In this document: piece after piece, positions 1 through 10,227 of the stretch
How positions within the stretch are numbered: the first letter of the stretch is position 1
Layout of the letters: the number at the start of each line of letters is the position of its first letter
NCBI GenBank assembly: GCA_963817915.1
Contig: CAWFQL010000012.1
Coordinates: 64,001 to 128,000, forward strand
Direction of reading: 5' to 3'
DNA: 64,000 bases
DNA from: an uncultured candidate division Zixibacteria bacterium
GTDB taxonomy: Bacteria > Zixibacteria > MSB-5A5 > UBA10806
The notes under the pieces: generated by a model
Told to the model about the DNA's origin: nothing
What the model saw: the letters and a program-made list of their open reading frames with translations, nothing else
The model's database searches: none
Made by a program: the position numbers and the translations under genes

Positions 1-2
1 CA

Positions 3-740
3 GGCAGGGATGATGCTCTTGATATGCCGGTGGTTAATATTGATCAAAAGGATCTCCTGAATGCCCTGGCAGTCCCTTGCAAAGGTGAAATAAAAGACCC
101 GAGGAATATCACTTATATGAAAGTCATGCTTGAGGGTATCGAGCCGGGGATTTTCGATCTTAACGATGATTTCCAAAAAATAGTATCGACCAATCCATTG
201 GAACTGGAAATTCATCCCGGAGCCATAGATTCATCGAAACTTGAAAATTATGACAAGTTTCTAAAAGCTGAATCATTTATACAGGTCGATGATCCGAGAA
301 TAATCGAAGCTTCCAATAGCATTGTCGGGCAGACAAAGAATCCATTGAACAGGGCAGAGAAAATCGGCGATTGGGTTTTTGCAAATCTCAAAAAGGATTA
401 CGCGATATCATTGCCGTCAGCCGTGGATGTCCTCAAAGTTCGCAAGGGGGATTGTAATGAGCATACTACGCTTTACGCCGCCCTGGCACGTGCCGCAGGG
501 CTGCCGACGAAAATCTGTATCGGGATTGTCTACAAGGACGGGTATTTCTACTATCACGCATGGCCAGCCGTTTACGTGGGAGGCTGGAGGCCCCTGGATC
601 CCACATTTGGGCAAAAGACTACCGATGCCACCCACATTAAGCTGCTCGAAGGGGGTCTCGAACGGCAAGCCGACCTGATGAGGATTGTCGGGAAACTATC
701 TGTGACGATATTGAAATATTCCAACGGGGAAAAATTATAA
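3..740 (+). CDS. Transglutaminase-like domain protein, 5'-partial
   Basis: GDCNEH / YHAW / DPT Cys-His-Asp motifs; frame is open back to the window edge; paralogous to 45461..46927. Confidence 0.85.
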   Translation, partial: GRDDALDMPVVNIDQKDLLNALAVPCKGEIKDPRNITYMKVMLEGIEPGIFDLNDDFQKIVSTNPLELEIHPGAIDSSKLENYDKFLKAESFIQVDDPRIIEASNSIVGQTKNPLNRAEKIGDWVFANLKKDYAISLPSAVDVLKVRKGDCNEHTTLYAALARAAGLPTKICIGIVYKDGYFYYHAWPAVYVGGWRPLDPTFGQKTTDATHIKLLEGGLERQADLMRIVGKLSVTILKYSNGEKL

Positions 741-744
741 GTAT

Positions 745-1497
745 ATGATTGAAATAAAAAATATTACTAAGAGCTTCGATAAGAAATTAGCTGTCGATGA
801 TGTTTCTATTCAGGTCGGAAAAGGCGAATTTTTCGCATTTTTGGGGCCTAACGGCGCCGGTAAGACGACTACAATCAAAATGATGACGGGACTGCTGAGG
901 CCCGATTCTGGAAATGTGAAAATTTGCGGAATCGATGTTATCAAAGACCCGGCCGCGGCCAAAATGAAAATTGGATTCGTGCCCGATACACCTTATCTAT
1001 ATGAACGGCTGAGCGCGCGCGAGTTTCTTAAATTCACCGGCGGCCTTTTTGGAATGACACCTGAGAAAATTAAATCGCAAATCGAATGGCTATTCGAACT
1101 TTTCGGGATGGAAAGCTGGGCCGATAATCGCTGTGAGGAATATTCCCATGGAATGCGTCAAAAGTTGGTTTTCTGTTCCGCGTTTCTGCACGACCCGGAA
1201 GTATTGATAGTCGATGAGCCGATGGTCGGTCTCGATCCGCAATCGGCACGTCTGGTTAAAGATATGCTCAAGCTATACTCAAAGCGCGGTACCACGGTAT
1301 TTATTTCAACTCATACATTGAGCGTGGCAGAGGAAATTTGCGACAAGATCGGAATTGTCAATAAAGGCAAATTAGTGGCCTGCGGAAACCTTGGGGAATT
1401 GAGAAAGATGGCTGAATCCGAGGGTCAGAATTTGGAGCATCTTTTTCTAAAAATCACCGGCGGATTAAGAACTGCCAATATCCCCTCAGGAGAATAA
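745..1497 (+). CDS. ABC transporter ATP-binding protein (exporter type)
   Basis: Walker A GPNGAGKTT, signature YSHGMRQK, Walker B LIVDEP, H-loop STH. Confidence 0.95.
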   Translation: MIEIKNITKSFDKKLAVDDVSIQVGKGEFFAFLGPNGAGKTTTIKMMTGLLRPDSGNVKICGIDVIKDPAAAKMKIGFVPDTPYLYERLSAREFLKFTGGLFGMTPEKIKSQIEWLFELFGMESWADNRCEEYSHGMRQKLVFCSAFLHDPEVLIVDEPMVGLDPQSARLVKDMLKLYSKRGTTVFISTHTLSVAEEICDKIGIVNKGKLVACGNLGELRKMAESEGQNLEHLFLKITGGLRTANIPSGE

Positions 1498-1498
1498 G

Positions 1499-3196
1499 GT
1501 GAGCAGCTTATCCCACATCCTCCAGTATAAATCTATCGCGGCCGGTTCATATCTGAAAAAGACCGATAGCGAACAGCTCCTGAAAATCATTGTCGGGGTA
1601 TTAGTTGTTCTCTGCTTTTTTTCCGGCGGCCTGATCTTTTTTTACAAGATATTTTCCTATCTCGCCGGCTTAAAGGATATCGGAAATCTCCTGATGAATA
1701 AAATCATGTCTCTGGGCTTCCTCGCGATTTTCATTATGCTTATAATCTCCAACCTGGTCACATCCATATCGACTATTTACAATTCGAGGGAGACAATTTT
1801 TCTGCTCTCGACACCGGCGGCCTATATAAGCGTCTTCATCGCGAAATTCATCGATAATATGGTTTATTCGACCTGGGCCGTACTGCTTTTAGGGCTGCCG
1901 CTGATTATCGCCTACGGACTCGTGCATGATTTTGGAATCTGGAAATATGTTTTCGAATTGTTTTGCGTGGTAATTCCATTTGTAATTATACCGGGCTGCA
2001 TAGGAGTCGGCCTTTCGATGATGATGTTTCTAATGTCCAAGTATGTTCGGCCAAGGACATTGATATTGTTTTCGGCGGCCATGATTGTTTCGGCGATAAT
2101 ATTGTATTTTAAATTCGGGCAACCTTCGTCTATGGCCTTGAATGTAATCTCGGACTGGCGCGTGCTAAACCGTTTTCTCGGCTCAATGGGCGCCACGTCA
2201 TTTCCATTTTTGCCGAGTTATTGGATATCGGAAACACTGAGGATACTCGCGTCGGGCGGCGGGAGGACATTATTTATCTACATGCTGGCGCTGGTTTCGA
2301 CAACGCTTCTCGCGGTAAACATACTATTTGATCTGGCTGAAAAATATTATTACAAAAGCTGGCTGGCGTCGTTCGAATATCATTCCAGCCGTTCAAAAAA
2401 GCTGGTGCGTCCGCAAAAAGCATCGCCATTCTTTCGTCTACCACATTGGCTGCCCTCGGATTTTAGCGCAGTGCTCGCAAAAGATCTTAAGCTCTTTATC
2501 CGGGAGCCTGCACAGTGGGCTCAATTCTCGATCCTGCTTGTCCTGCTTTTCATCTACCTTATCAATTTGAGATTTTTCCCTACTGATATAAAAGATATTT
2601 TTTGGAAGACTCTGATAGGCTTTGGCAATTTCGCGTTTTCGGGATTTATTCTGGCGACATTATCAGTCAGGTTCGTATTCCCGACAATCAGCCTTGAGGG
2701 GAAGTCATTCTGGACAATAGCATCCTCACCGATGCCGCTCAAACGATTATTCTGGGAGAAATTCTGGTCGGCGTTCCTGATATTTCTTTTTATCTCGGAA
2801 ATCCTCGCGCTTGTTTCCAGTGTGATGCTGGGCTTACGCGGCATATTGATGGTTCTAACGTTTTTCTCGGTTTTGCTGATGTCGGCATCGCTAACCTGTC
2901 TTTCAGTCGGCATGGGAGCGATATTCCCTCGTTTCGAAGAGCGGAACCCCGGCAAGATCGCATCATCGGCGGGAGGCATGCTGACTACGGTCATAAGCCT
3001 TATTTATGTCGGCCTTATGGTCATAATTGCCGCGCTTCCGGCGCACCGTTATTCAATGTATAAATTTGATTCAACTCAGCCATTTCCCAAATTCGAAATT
3101 GGGATTTCTCTCGCATTTATGTTTATATTGAATTTGACAACGATAATTATGCCCCTTAAATTAGGGCTTTCATCGATGAAGAGACGAGATTTTTAA
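1499..3196 (+). CDS. Putative ABC exporter permease (12 or more TM segments)
   Basis: Polytopic hydrophobic ORF starting 1 nt after the ATPase stop; KDLKLFIRE and SLEGKSFW motifs. Confidence 0.8.
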   Translation: MSSLSHILQYKSIAAGSYLKKTDSEQLLKIIVGVLVVLCFFSGGLIFFYKIFSYLAGLKDIGNLLMNKIMSLGFLAIFIMLIISNLVTSISTIYNSRETIFLLSTPAAYISVFIAKFIDNMVYSTWAVLLLGLPLIIAYGLVHDFGIWKYVFELFCVVIPFVIIPGCIGVGLSMMMFLMSKYVRPRTLILFSAAMIVSAIILYFKFGQPSSMALNVISDWRVLNRFLGSMGATSFPFLPSYWISETLRILASGGGRTLFIYMLALVSTTLLAVNILFDLAEKYYYKSWLASFEYHSSRSKKLVRPQKASPFFRLPHWLPSDFSAVLAKDLKLFIREPAQWAQFSILLVLLFIYLINLRFFPTDIKDIFWKTLIGFGNFAFSGFILATLSVRFVFPTISLEGKSFWTIASSPMPLKRLFWEKFWSAFLIFLFISEILALVSSVMLGLRGILMVLTFFSVLLMSASLTCLSVGMGAIFPRFEERNPGKIASSAGGMLTTVISLIYVGLMVIIAALPAHRYSMYKFDSTQPFPKFEIGISLAFMFILNLTTIIMPLKLGLSSMKRRDF

Positions 3197-3215
3197 TGAA
3201 AGTACGGGGAATTAA

Positions 3216-4142
3216 ATGAAAATATTGGTGACAGGCGGCGCGGGATTTATCGGCTCGAATCTGGCGGACGCATTACTCGGTGACAATCATTCGGTTGCTA
3301 TTATTGATAACCTCTCCACCGGAAAAATGGAAAATATACCGGCTAAAGCGGAATTTCATCAGATAGATATTGCCAGCCCGGTCGTGAATAAAATATTCGA
3401 GCGCGGAAAATTTGATGTGGTTTTTCATTTGGCGGCTCAAATGGATGTCAGAAAATCTGTCGAAAATCCGATAAACGACGCCGAGATCAATATACTTGGC
3501 GGAATCAATCTGCTGCAGGCATCCATAAAGCATAAGGTAAAAAAGATTGTTTTTTCATCGACTGGCGGCGCAATCTATGGCGAGCAGAATTATTTTCCCG
3601 CCGATGAAAAGCATGACGCCAATCCTGTCAGTCCCTATGGAATCTCCAAATTGGCGTTCGAAAAATATCTATATTTCTATAATATTCAGCATGGCCTGGG
3701 ATATGTCGCGCTCCGTTATGCCAATGTCTATGGGCCAAGGCAAAATTCCGAAGGCGAAGCTGGAGTCGTGGCTATTTTCTGCAAGAGACTTCTCAATGGC
3801 GATAAAGCCGTAGTCTATGGCGACGGCCTCCAAACGCGCGATTTTGTGTTTGTCGAGGATGTCGTCCGGGCAAATATGTTGGCTATGAATCATAAAGATT
3901 CAGATTCGTTTAATGTCGGCACCGGCATCGAGACAGATATTAATACAATCTTTGATAAGATAAAAGATGCATCCGGCTCAACTCAGAAGAGAATAAATGC
4001 CGAAGGCAAGCCGGGCGAACAAAGACGCAGTTGTATCACTCACGATAAAATTAAGAAGATTCTCGGATGGTCGCCGCAAATCAGCCTTGATATGGGAATA
4101 CCGAAAACTGTGGCGTTTTTTAAAGGCCAGTCAAAAAAATAG
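3216..4142 (+). CDS. NAD-dependent epimerase/dehydratase (UDP-glucose 4-epimerase-like)
   Basis: TGGAGFIG, YGISK (YxxxK), YANVYGPRQ. Confidence 0.92.
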   Translation: MKILVTGGAGFIGSNLADALLGDNHSVAIIDNLSTGKMENIPAKAEFHQIDIASPVVNKIFERGKFDVVFHLAAQMDVRKSVENPINDAEINILGGINLLQASIKHKVKKIVFSSTGGAIYGEQNYFPADEKHDANPVSPYGISKLAFEKYLYFYNIQHGLGYVALRYANVYGPRQNSEGEAGVVAIFCKRLLNGDKAVVYGDGLQTRDFVFVEDVVRANMLAMNHKDSDSFNVGTGIETDINTIFDKIKDASGSTQKRINAEGKPGEQRRSCITHDKIKKILGWSPQISLDMGIPKTVAFFKGQSKK

Positions 4143-4248
4143 AAACCAAGACGGATAGATACTATATTTATAAGCATGTATTCCCGTGTGTGGGATTGCA
4201 TGTTTATTTGTCTTAATCAGTTCGAATTTTAATATTATTGGAGGAAAT

Positions 4249-4668
4249 ATGAAAAAGGCCAGAGTAAAATGGGTGGAAAATCTGAAATTTATCGGAGACT
4301 CGCCATCGGGCCATAGTATCGCGATGGACGGTCCCAAAGAGCCGGGCGGAGATGATTCGGCAATTCATCCCGGTGAAATGACATTGGTGGCACTTGGCGG
4401 CTGCACCGGAATCGATGTCGTATCTATTCTAAAGAGAATGCGCGTGCCGTTCGATTCATTCGAGATAGCCATTGAAGCTGACGCCCGCGAAGAGCATCCC
4501 AAAACCTTCACGAAAATAAGGCTGAAATATATTTTGAAGGGTAAAAATATCGATGAATCCAAAGTCAAGCAGGCGATAGAATTGTCACAGGAAAAATATT
4601 GCTCGGTCTCCGCCATGATGAAAAAATCAGCCGAATTATCCTATGAATATGAGATTATCGAGGCCTAA
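4249..4668 (+). CDS. OsmC/YhfA family protein
   Basis: GGAGG-N4-ATG at 4249; ALGGCTG and EKYCSVS conserved Cys pair. Confidence 0.88.
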   Translation: MKKARVKWVENLKFIGDSPSGHSIAMDGPKEPGGDDSAIHPGEMTLVALGGCTGIDVVSILKRMRVPFDSFEIAIEADAREEHPKTFTKIRLKYILKGKNIDESKVKQAIELSQEKYCSVSAMMKKSAELSYEYEIIEA

Positions 4669-5531
4669 TCTGTTTTTCTAAGATATACAGTTCTGTGCGG
4701 GAATGGTATTTCGATGCCCTGCTTATCAAATTCATTTTTGACCCGTTTGCGAAACTCCCTGGCGACATCCCATTGCATTTGAGGTCTGGTCTTGAATATC
4801 ATTCCAATATTTACAGCGGAATCATCGAGCGATTCGACTCCCAATATTGTTGGAGGTTCTAAGATAAATTTCTTATAGTCAGCATCTTCCGCCATCTTAT
4901 CGCCCAGCGCTTTTAAGATATTGATTACGCGATCGACATCTTCTTTATAGGCGACTGAAAAATTCAATTTTGCCCGCGACCACCCGAATGTCATATTGCT
5001 GACAGTTTTGATTTCGCCATTGGGGACAGCATGCACTACACCTTCGATATCGCGTAATACGACTATTCGCAGCGTAATCTTCTCAACCAATCCGGTCACA
5101 TCACCCAGCTTGACCACATCTCCAACCCGAATTTGATTTTCCATGATAAGAAAAAAGCCGCTCACAATATCTTTCACCAATGATTGCGAGCCGAAACCAA
5201 TCGCTAGGCCGATAATTCCAGCGCCAGCCAGCACCGGTCCGATATCGAAACCCAATTCCTTTATGATACTAATTCCGCCAAAAGAAACAACGAGTACTCG
5301 GACGGCAAAATTAAAAATCTGCACTAATGTCTTGGTGCGCCGTTCACGTTCGTTTTCCGTGGTGGGATCGTTGTCTTCCGAAATATGAATAATCTTTCTG
5401 CCGATTACCTTGGCGATCATGATGAGGACCCACATCCCGACCAGAATCAGCAATATCTTTAGGCCGCGGGTAAACGCCCACTTGGAAAGGTATTCCAGCA
5501 GTTGGGGAATATTTTCGGGCAAATCTTTCAT
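4665..5531 (-). CDS. mscS: Small-conductance mechanosensitive channel family protein
   Basis: LAGAGIIGLAIGFGSQSLVKD, GD-V-G-VE, VPNG and GIEIPFP motifs. Confidence 0.93.
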   Translation of the reverse strand: MKDLPENIPQLLEYLSKWAFTRGLKILLILVGMWVLIMIAKVIGRKIIHISEDNDPTTENERERRTKTLVQIFNFAVRVLVVSFGGISIIKELGFDIGPVLAGAGIIGLAIGFGSQSLVKDIVSGFFLIMENQIRVGDVVKLGDVTGLVEKITLRIVVLRDIEGVVHAVPNGEIKTVSNMTFGWSRAKLNFSVAYKEDVDRVINILKALGDKMAEDADYKKFILEPPTILGVESLDDSAVNIGMIFKTRPQMQWDVAREFRKRVKNEFDKQGIEIPFPHRTVYLRKTD

Positions 5532-5674
5532 AATTTATTCCTCTAAAATCATCTCAAATATAATTTTGTTGTTCTCAGTCTCATACCCAAGGCTATTAGA
5601 ATATAATTGAGGAATTTTCAAGGGATTTATCCTGCGAAAAATCCCCGGAAAATATCGAAAAATCGACAAGATCA

Positions 5675-5703
5675 TTGATTTTTCGCTGGTTCGGCATTAT
5701 ACT
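5675..5703 (+). promoter_or_regulatory. Sigma70-type promoter, probably giving a leaderless yifB/comM mRNA
   Basis: TTGATT-N17-TATACT, then 6 nt and the ATG at 5710; no SD sequence. Confidence 0.6.
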
Positions 5704-5709
5704 TGTTAT

Positions 5710-7245
5710 ATGCTTGCCAGAATAACTTCGTCCGCAGTTTTTGGAATTGATTCCTATTTGGTTCAGGTAGAGGTCGATGTTTCATCGCAGCTACCGGCAT
5801 TTGCCACAGTCGGTCTGCCTGAAGCCGCAGTCAAAGAGTCAAAAGAAAGGGTTACGGCGGCTATCAAAAATTCCGGATTCATGTTCCCCGGAAGGAAGGT
5901 CACTGTTAATCTTGCGCCCGCTGATGTCAAAAAAACCGGGACCGCATTCGACTTGCCGATGGCGATAGGAATTCTGGCAGCGACCGGCCAAATAGACCGC
6001 ACTGATTTTGAAGATATAATCATCTTAGGCGAGCTTTCCCTTGACGGCACTATTCGCCCTGTTCCGGGGATACTCTCGATGGCAGTCGGAGCGATCAAAA
6101 AGAAAATCAAATCAATGCTGGTTCCGGTTGAAAGCGCCTCGGAAGCCGCTACTGCCGGGGGTGTCGATGTCTATCCAGTAAAGAATCTAATTGAAGCTAT
6201 CGAATTTCTCGAAAAGGGAAATACAATAATTCCCCATAAAGTCGATGTGCGCAAATTTTTCGAGGAAAATAGAAGATCGGATATCGATTTCGCCGATGTC
6301 AAAGGCCAGGAGCATACCAAACGAGCTCTTGAGGTTGCCGCCGCCGGTGGCCATAACATCATCATGATCGGACCGCCGGGATCGGGCAAGACCATGCTCG
6401 CCAAACGAATTCCCACAATCCTGCCTGATCTGACATTGGGCGAGGCATTGGAAACAACCAAGATATATTCTGTAGGCGGCCATCTGCAGCCAAATCAGGC
6501 GTTAGTAGCAGTGAGGCCGTTCAGGTCGCCTCATCATACGATATCCGATGTTGGATTAACTGGTGGAACGGGTTTGCTTCTACCGGGCGAAGTGAGTCTT
6601 TCTCATAATGGCGTTTTGTTCTTGGATGAGCTCCCGGAATTTAATAAATCCGCTCTCGAATCACTTCGCCAGCCGCTTGAAAATGGCTGGGTTACAATTA
6701 CGCGTGCCTCGGGTTCGGTTACCTATCCGGCCAATATGATGCTGGCTGCAGCGTTAAATCCCTGCCCTTGCGGCTATTTTGGCGACCCCAATCATACCTG
6801 CAATTGCACGCCGACCAATATCCAACGTTATATTTCGAAAATCTCGGGTCCGCTTCTTGATAGAATAGATATCCATATCGAAGTGCCGGCAGTCAAGTTC
6901 AAGGAGCTATCATCGGAATCAATGGGCGAGGGCTCGGAAGCGATCAGAAAAAGAGTCAACGCTGCCCGCAAAATACAGCTCGAAAGATTCCAGGAGCAGG
7001 AAGGTATTTATTGCAACGCCCAGATGGAGACTAATTTGATTCGTAAGATTTGCAAAGTCGACAACGATTCTCTATCGCTTCTCAAAACAGCTATTACCCG
7101 ACTTGGATTGTCTGCCCGAGCTTATGACAGGATATTAAAAGTATCGCGAACTATCGCCGATCTCGAGGGTTCCGAAGGAATTACATCGGCGCATATCTCT
7201 GAAGCAATCGGTTATCGCAATCTCGACCGAAATTATTGGCAATAA
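5710..7245 (+). CDS. comM: YifB/ComM family Mg-chelatase-like AAA+ ATPase
   Basis: [49 protein letters not shown]. Confidence 0.93.
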   Translation: MLARITSSAVFGIDSYLVQVEVDVSSQLPAFATVGLPEAAVKESKERVTAAIKNSGFMFPGRKVTVNLAPADVKKTGTAFDLPMAIGILAATGQIDRTDFEDIIILGELSLDGTIRPVPGILSMAVGAIKKKIKSMLVPVESASEAATAGGVDVYPVKNLIEAIEFLEKGNTIIPHKVDVRKFFEENRRSDIDFADVKGQEHTKRALEVAAAGGHNIIMIGPPGSGKTMLAKRIPTILPDLTLGEALETTKIYSVGGHLQPNQALVAVRPFRSPHHTISDVGLTGGTGLLLPGEVSLSHNGVLFLDELPEFNKSALESLRQPLENGWVTITRASGSVTYPANMMLAAALNPCPCGYFGDPNHTCNCTPTNIQRYISKISGPLLDRIDIHIEVPAVKFKELSSESMGEGSEAIRKRVNAARKIQLERFQEQEGIYCNAQMETNLIRKICKVDNDSLSLLKTAITRLGLSARAYDRILKVSRTIADLEGSEGITSAHISEAIGYRNLDRNYWQ

Positions 7246-7303
7246 ATCGAACACTCCGAAATCACCTTGACATTTATTGAGTTTTAATCGTTTTTTATCT
7301 ATT

Positions 7304-7993
7304 ATGAATGCCGGAAAGCATATTTCGAGGCAGAGTCTTGCGGTTGGCATTTTAATGTTAATATTAATGACTAATTCTTGTAGCAAAAAGCCCACGGATC
7401 AATCCCGCCCCTTTGATGTCTTTGGCAGGATTGTTTTTCGGCCACTTTTGACTATAGATTCCGCGGCGGAATTTTATGTTTATTCTTACGGGCGCGCTGT
7501 TACCGATGCGGAAATTATTGTAAAGCAGGATACTATTCCTCTTTCCGATGCCGGGGCTGGATACTATACGAGGCCGATGCAACTCCAAATCGGCGATACC
7601 GTTAGCTATTCAATACGTTCGGAGAAGGGCTCGCTAAACGGCAGTGTTATTATTCCCGATACGGCATCCATTATATTTCCGCGATATTTCGATTCTTTGG
7701 CAATCGGTGTTGAATTTACAGCTATCTGGCATTTGACACCCAGGGCCGATGGATTTTTTGCCTATCTCGAAAATCAAAGAGGCTATGTCGGAGCGGTCAC
7801 TGAAACATATTATGATACTACTGCCACGCTACCCGCCGAAAACTCTATTAATATAGGCCATGACCGTTTTTGGGTAGAGACCCTCAGTGGAGCTTTCTCC
7901 AGCGCCATAACTCCGGGAAATAAAATCATGCCTCGCGGCGTGGTCGGAGCCGCCGGAAATAGCCGCGATGTTTATTTGTATTTGTCGAATTAG
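7304..7993 (+). CDS. Hypothetical lipoprotein (start uncertain)
   Basis: Hydrophobic stretch ending in lipobox-like TNSC followed by SKK; beta-rich mature part. Confidence 0.65.
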   Translation: MNAGKHISRQSLAVGILMLILMTNSCSKKPTDQSRPFDVFGRIVFRPLLTIDSAAEFYVYSYGRAVTDAEIIVKQDTIPLSDAGAGYYTRPMQLQIGDTVSYSIRSEKGSLNGSVIIPDTASIIFPRYFDSLAIGVEFTAIWHLTPRADGFFAYLENQRGYVGAVTETYYDTTATLPAENSINIGHDRFWVETLSGAFSSAITPGNKIMPRGVVGAAGNSRDVYLYLSN

Positions 7994-8043
7994 ATAAATA
8001 TTTACACAATCTTAATGATACTAGATTTAAATCGGGTGAATTC

Positions 8044-9447
8044 ATGACTGAACTTCAGAGGACAATTAAGAAACCGGCCAGCCTTTCAGGGGTTGGGTTG
8101 CACACAGGCGAAAAGGCGACAATAACATTCAGACCGGCGCCGATTAACCACGGGATAACCTTTATCAGAACCGATCTTGAAAATGCTCCGGAAATTCCTG
8201 CCGATGTCGAACATGTTGTAGATTTAAAACGAGGCACCAGTTTGGGAATCGACGGTGTTAAGGTTCACACAGTAGAACATGTCTTAGCTGCATTGGCCGG
8301 TTTGCAGGTCGACAACCTGAAAGTCGAACTTTCGAATTCCGAGCCGCCAATCGGCGATGGCTCCGCCTATCCCTATGTAGAAGTAATTCTCGAAGCGGGT
8401 ATAGTCGAACAGGATGCGCCTAAACAGTATCTTCAAATTGAAACTCCAATAGCGTATTCAGAGAAAGACCGCGGGGTCGATTTGGTGGTAGTGCCATCGG
8501 AAAAGCTTAGAATTACATTTATGGTCGATTACAAGAATCCTGCCCTCGGAACTCAATATACAACTCTGTATGATCTCGATGACGAATTCGTCGAAGAGTA
8601 CTCGAAAGCAAGAACGTTTTGTTTCCTGACCGAGGTCGAAGAGCTTTTCAATTCAGGCCTGATAAAAGGCGGGAGCATTGATAACGCGATCGTCATAATG
8701 GATCAGGAACTGACTCCCGAGATGATAACCAAGCTCAAGGGCCAATTCGATTTGACTCGTGAAGTATTCGCCGGGAAAACCGGTATCTTGAATGATATCC
8801 CTCTACGATATTATAATGAACCTGTTCGTCATAAGGCGCTCGACCTGCTTGGCGATTTATTTCTTATAGGGGTTCCTCTTAAAGCGCATATTCTGGCTGC
8901 TCGTTCGGGGCACGCGGCCAATGTCGGCCTTGCCCGTAAAATCCGTTCAATATATCAGAAACGGTTGATTGCCAATAAATACCAGAAGGGCAAGGCTCCC
9001 AGTGAATTTCTTCTCGATATAAATGCCATAGCTAAAATTTTGCCTCATCGCTATCCATTTTTGATGATCGATAGGGTGCTCGATATCGATGGAACTTCAA
9101 GAATCGTCGCGATCAAAAATGTGACGATCAATGAGCCGTTCTTTCAGGGCCATTTCCCCGGCAAGCCCGTAATGCCGGGCGTTATGATAATCGAGGCTAT
9201 GGCGCAGGCAGGCGGTCTTTTGCTTTTGAATGCTCTCGAGAATCTCGAAACCAAGTTTGCATTTTTCATGTCAATCGACGGCGTCAAATTCCGCAAACCT
9301 GTTATCCCCGGCGATCAGCTCAGACTCGAAATCGAAATGCTCAACTTCAAACCGACATTGATAAAAATCTCGGGCAAGGCATATGTCGAAAGCAAATTGG
9401 TCGCGGAGGGTACATTTACCGCAGTGGTGGTTGATAGGGATATTTAG
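8044..9447 (+). CDS. lpxC: Bifunctional UDP-3-O-acyl-GlcNAc deacetylase / 3-hydroxyacyl-ACP dehydratase (LpxC-FabZ)
   Basis: QRTIK-GVGLHTG, TVEH, HKALD and SGH (LpxC); LPHRYPFL and FQGHFP-PVMPGV (FabZ). Confidence 0.96.
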   Translation: MTELQRTIKKPASLSGVGLHTGEKATITFRPAPINHGITFIRTDLENAPEIPADVEHVVDLKRGTSLGIDGVKVHTVEHVLAALAGLQVDNLKVELSNSEPPIGDGSAYPYVEVILEAGIVEQDAPKQYLQIETPIAYSEKDRGVDLVVVPSEKLRITFMVDYKNPALGTQYTTLYDLDDEFVEEYSKARTFCFLTEVEELFNSGLIKGGSIDNAIVIMDQELTPEMITKLKGQFDLTREVFAGKTGILNDIPLRYYNEPVRHKALDLLGDLFLIGVPLKAHILAARSGHAANVGLARKIRSIYQKRLIANKYQKGKAPSEFLLDINAIAKILPHRYPFLMIDRVLDIDGTSRIVAIKNVTINEPFFQGHFPGKPVMPGVMIIEAMAQAGGLLLLNALENLETKFAFFMSIDGVKFRKPVIPGDQLRLEIEMLNFKPTLIKISGKAYVESKLVAEGTFTAVVVDRDI

Positions 9448-9456
9448 GAGGAGGGA

Positions 9457-10227
9457 ATGGAACAGCATCCAACTGCAATAGTCTCGAAGAAGGCGCAAAT
9501 CGGGACCGATGTCAAAATCGGGCCTTTTTCCATTGTTGAAGATGATGTTATTATTGGCGACGGTTGCTTTATCGATTCCCATGTTTCGATCAAGTCGGGA
9601 GTCACACTTGGGAAGAATATCAAGATCTTCCACGGGTCCGCTATAGGCGGCCCGCCGCAGGATTTGAAATACGCCGGCGAAAGAACCGAGCTGATAATTG
9701 GTGATAATACCGTTTTGCGCGAGTTCGTAGATTTGAATAGGGGAACTGTCGCTCACGGCAGGACTGAGATCGGAAAAGACTGCTTCTTTATGGCTTATTC
9801 CCATGCCGCCCATGATTGCGTTATTGGCAATAGTGTTATCATGGCGAATTCGGTCAATATGGGGGGACATGTTTCCATAGGAAATTACGCTATTATAGGT
9901 GGCTTAACCGCAATTCATCAATTCTGCAAAATCGGCGATTACTGCATGGTCGGCGCGGGTTTTAAAATATCACAGGATGTATTGCCTTACACCATGGTTG
10001 CCGGGTACCCGGTTAAATGTATGGGATTAAATCTTATCGGATTAAGGCGTCGCGGCTTCTCGCCTAAGACAATCGACATTTTGAAAAAAACCATGAGAAT
10101 TCTGATGTCGTCGAAATTAAATACTACACAGGCTCTAAAACAGATCGATAACGAAATCGAAAAAATCCCAGAAGTTTTGAAATTGCTCAAATTTATAGAG
10201 AACAGCGATCGAGGAGTTTACAAATAA
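9457..10227 (+). CDS. lpxA: Acyl-ACP:UDP-GlcNAc acyltransferase
   Basis: Hexapeptide repeats, PQDLKY, AHDC, IHQF, GLNLIGLRRRGF. Confidence 0.96.
   Translation: MEQHPTAIVSKKAQIGTDVKIGPFSIVEDDVIIGDGCFIDSHVSIKSGVTLGKNIKIFHGSAIGGPPQDLKYAGERTELIIGDNTVLREFVDLNRGTVAHGRTEIGKDCFFMAYSHAAHDCVIGNSVIMANSVNMGGHVSIGNYAIIGGLTAIHQFCKIGDYCMVGAGFKISQDVLPYTMVAGYPVKCMGLNLIGLRRRGFSPKTIDILKKTMRILMSSKLNTTQALKQIDNEIEKIPEVLKLLKFIENSDRGVYK

Noticed and set aside
9271..9870. Long antisense or alternate-frame ORFs (e.g. 9271..9870, 42059..42679, 48257..48805, 30493..30945)
   Set aside because: They are shadows of well-supported genes on the opposite strand, with no motifs or RBS
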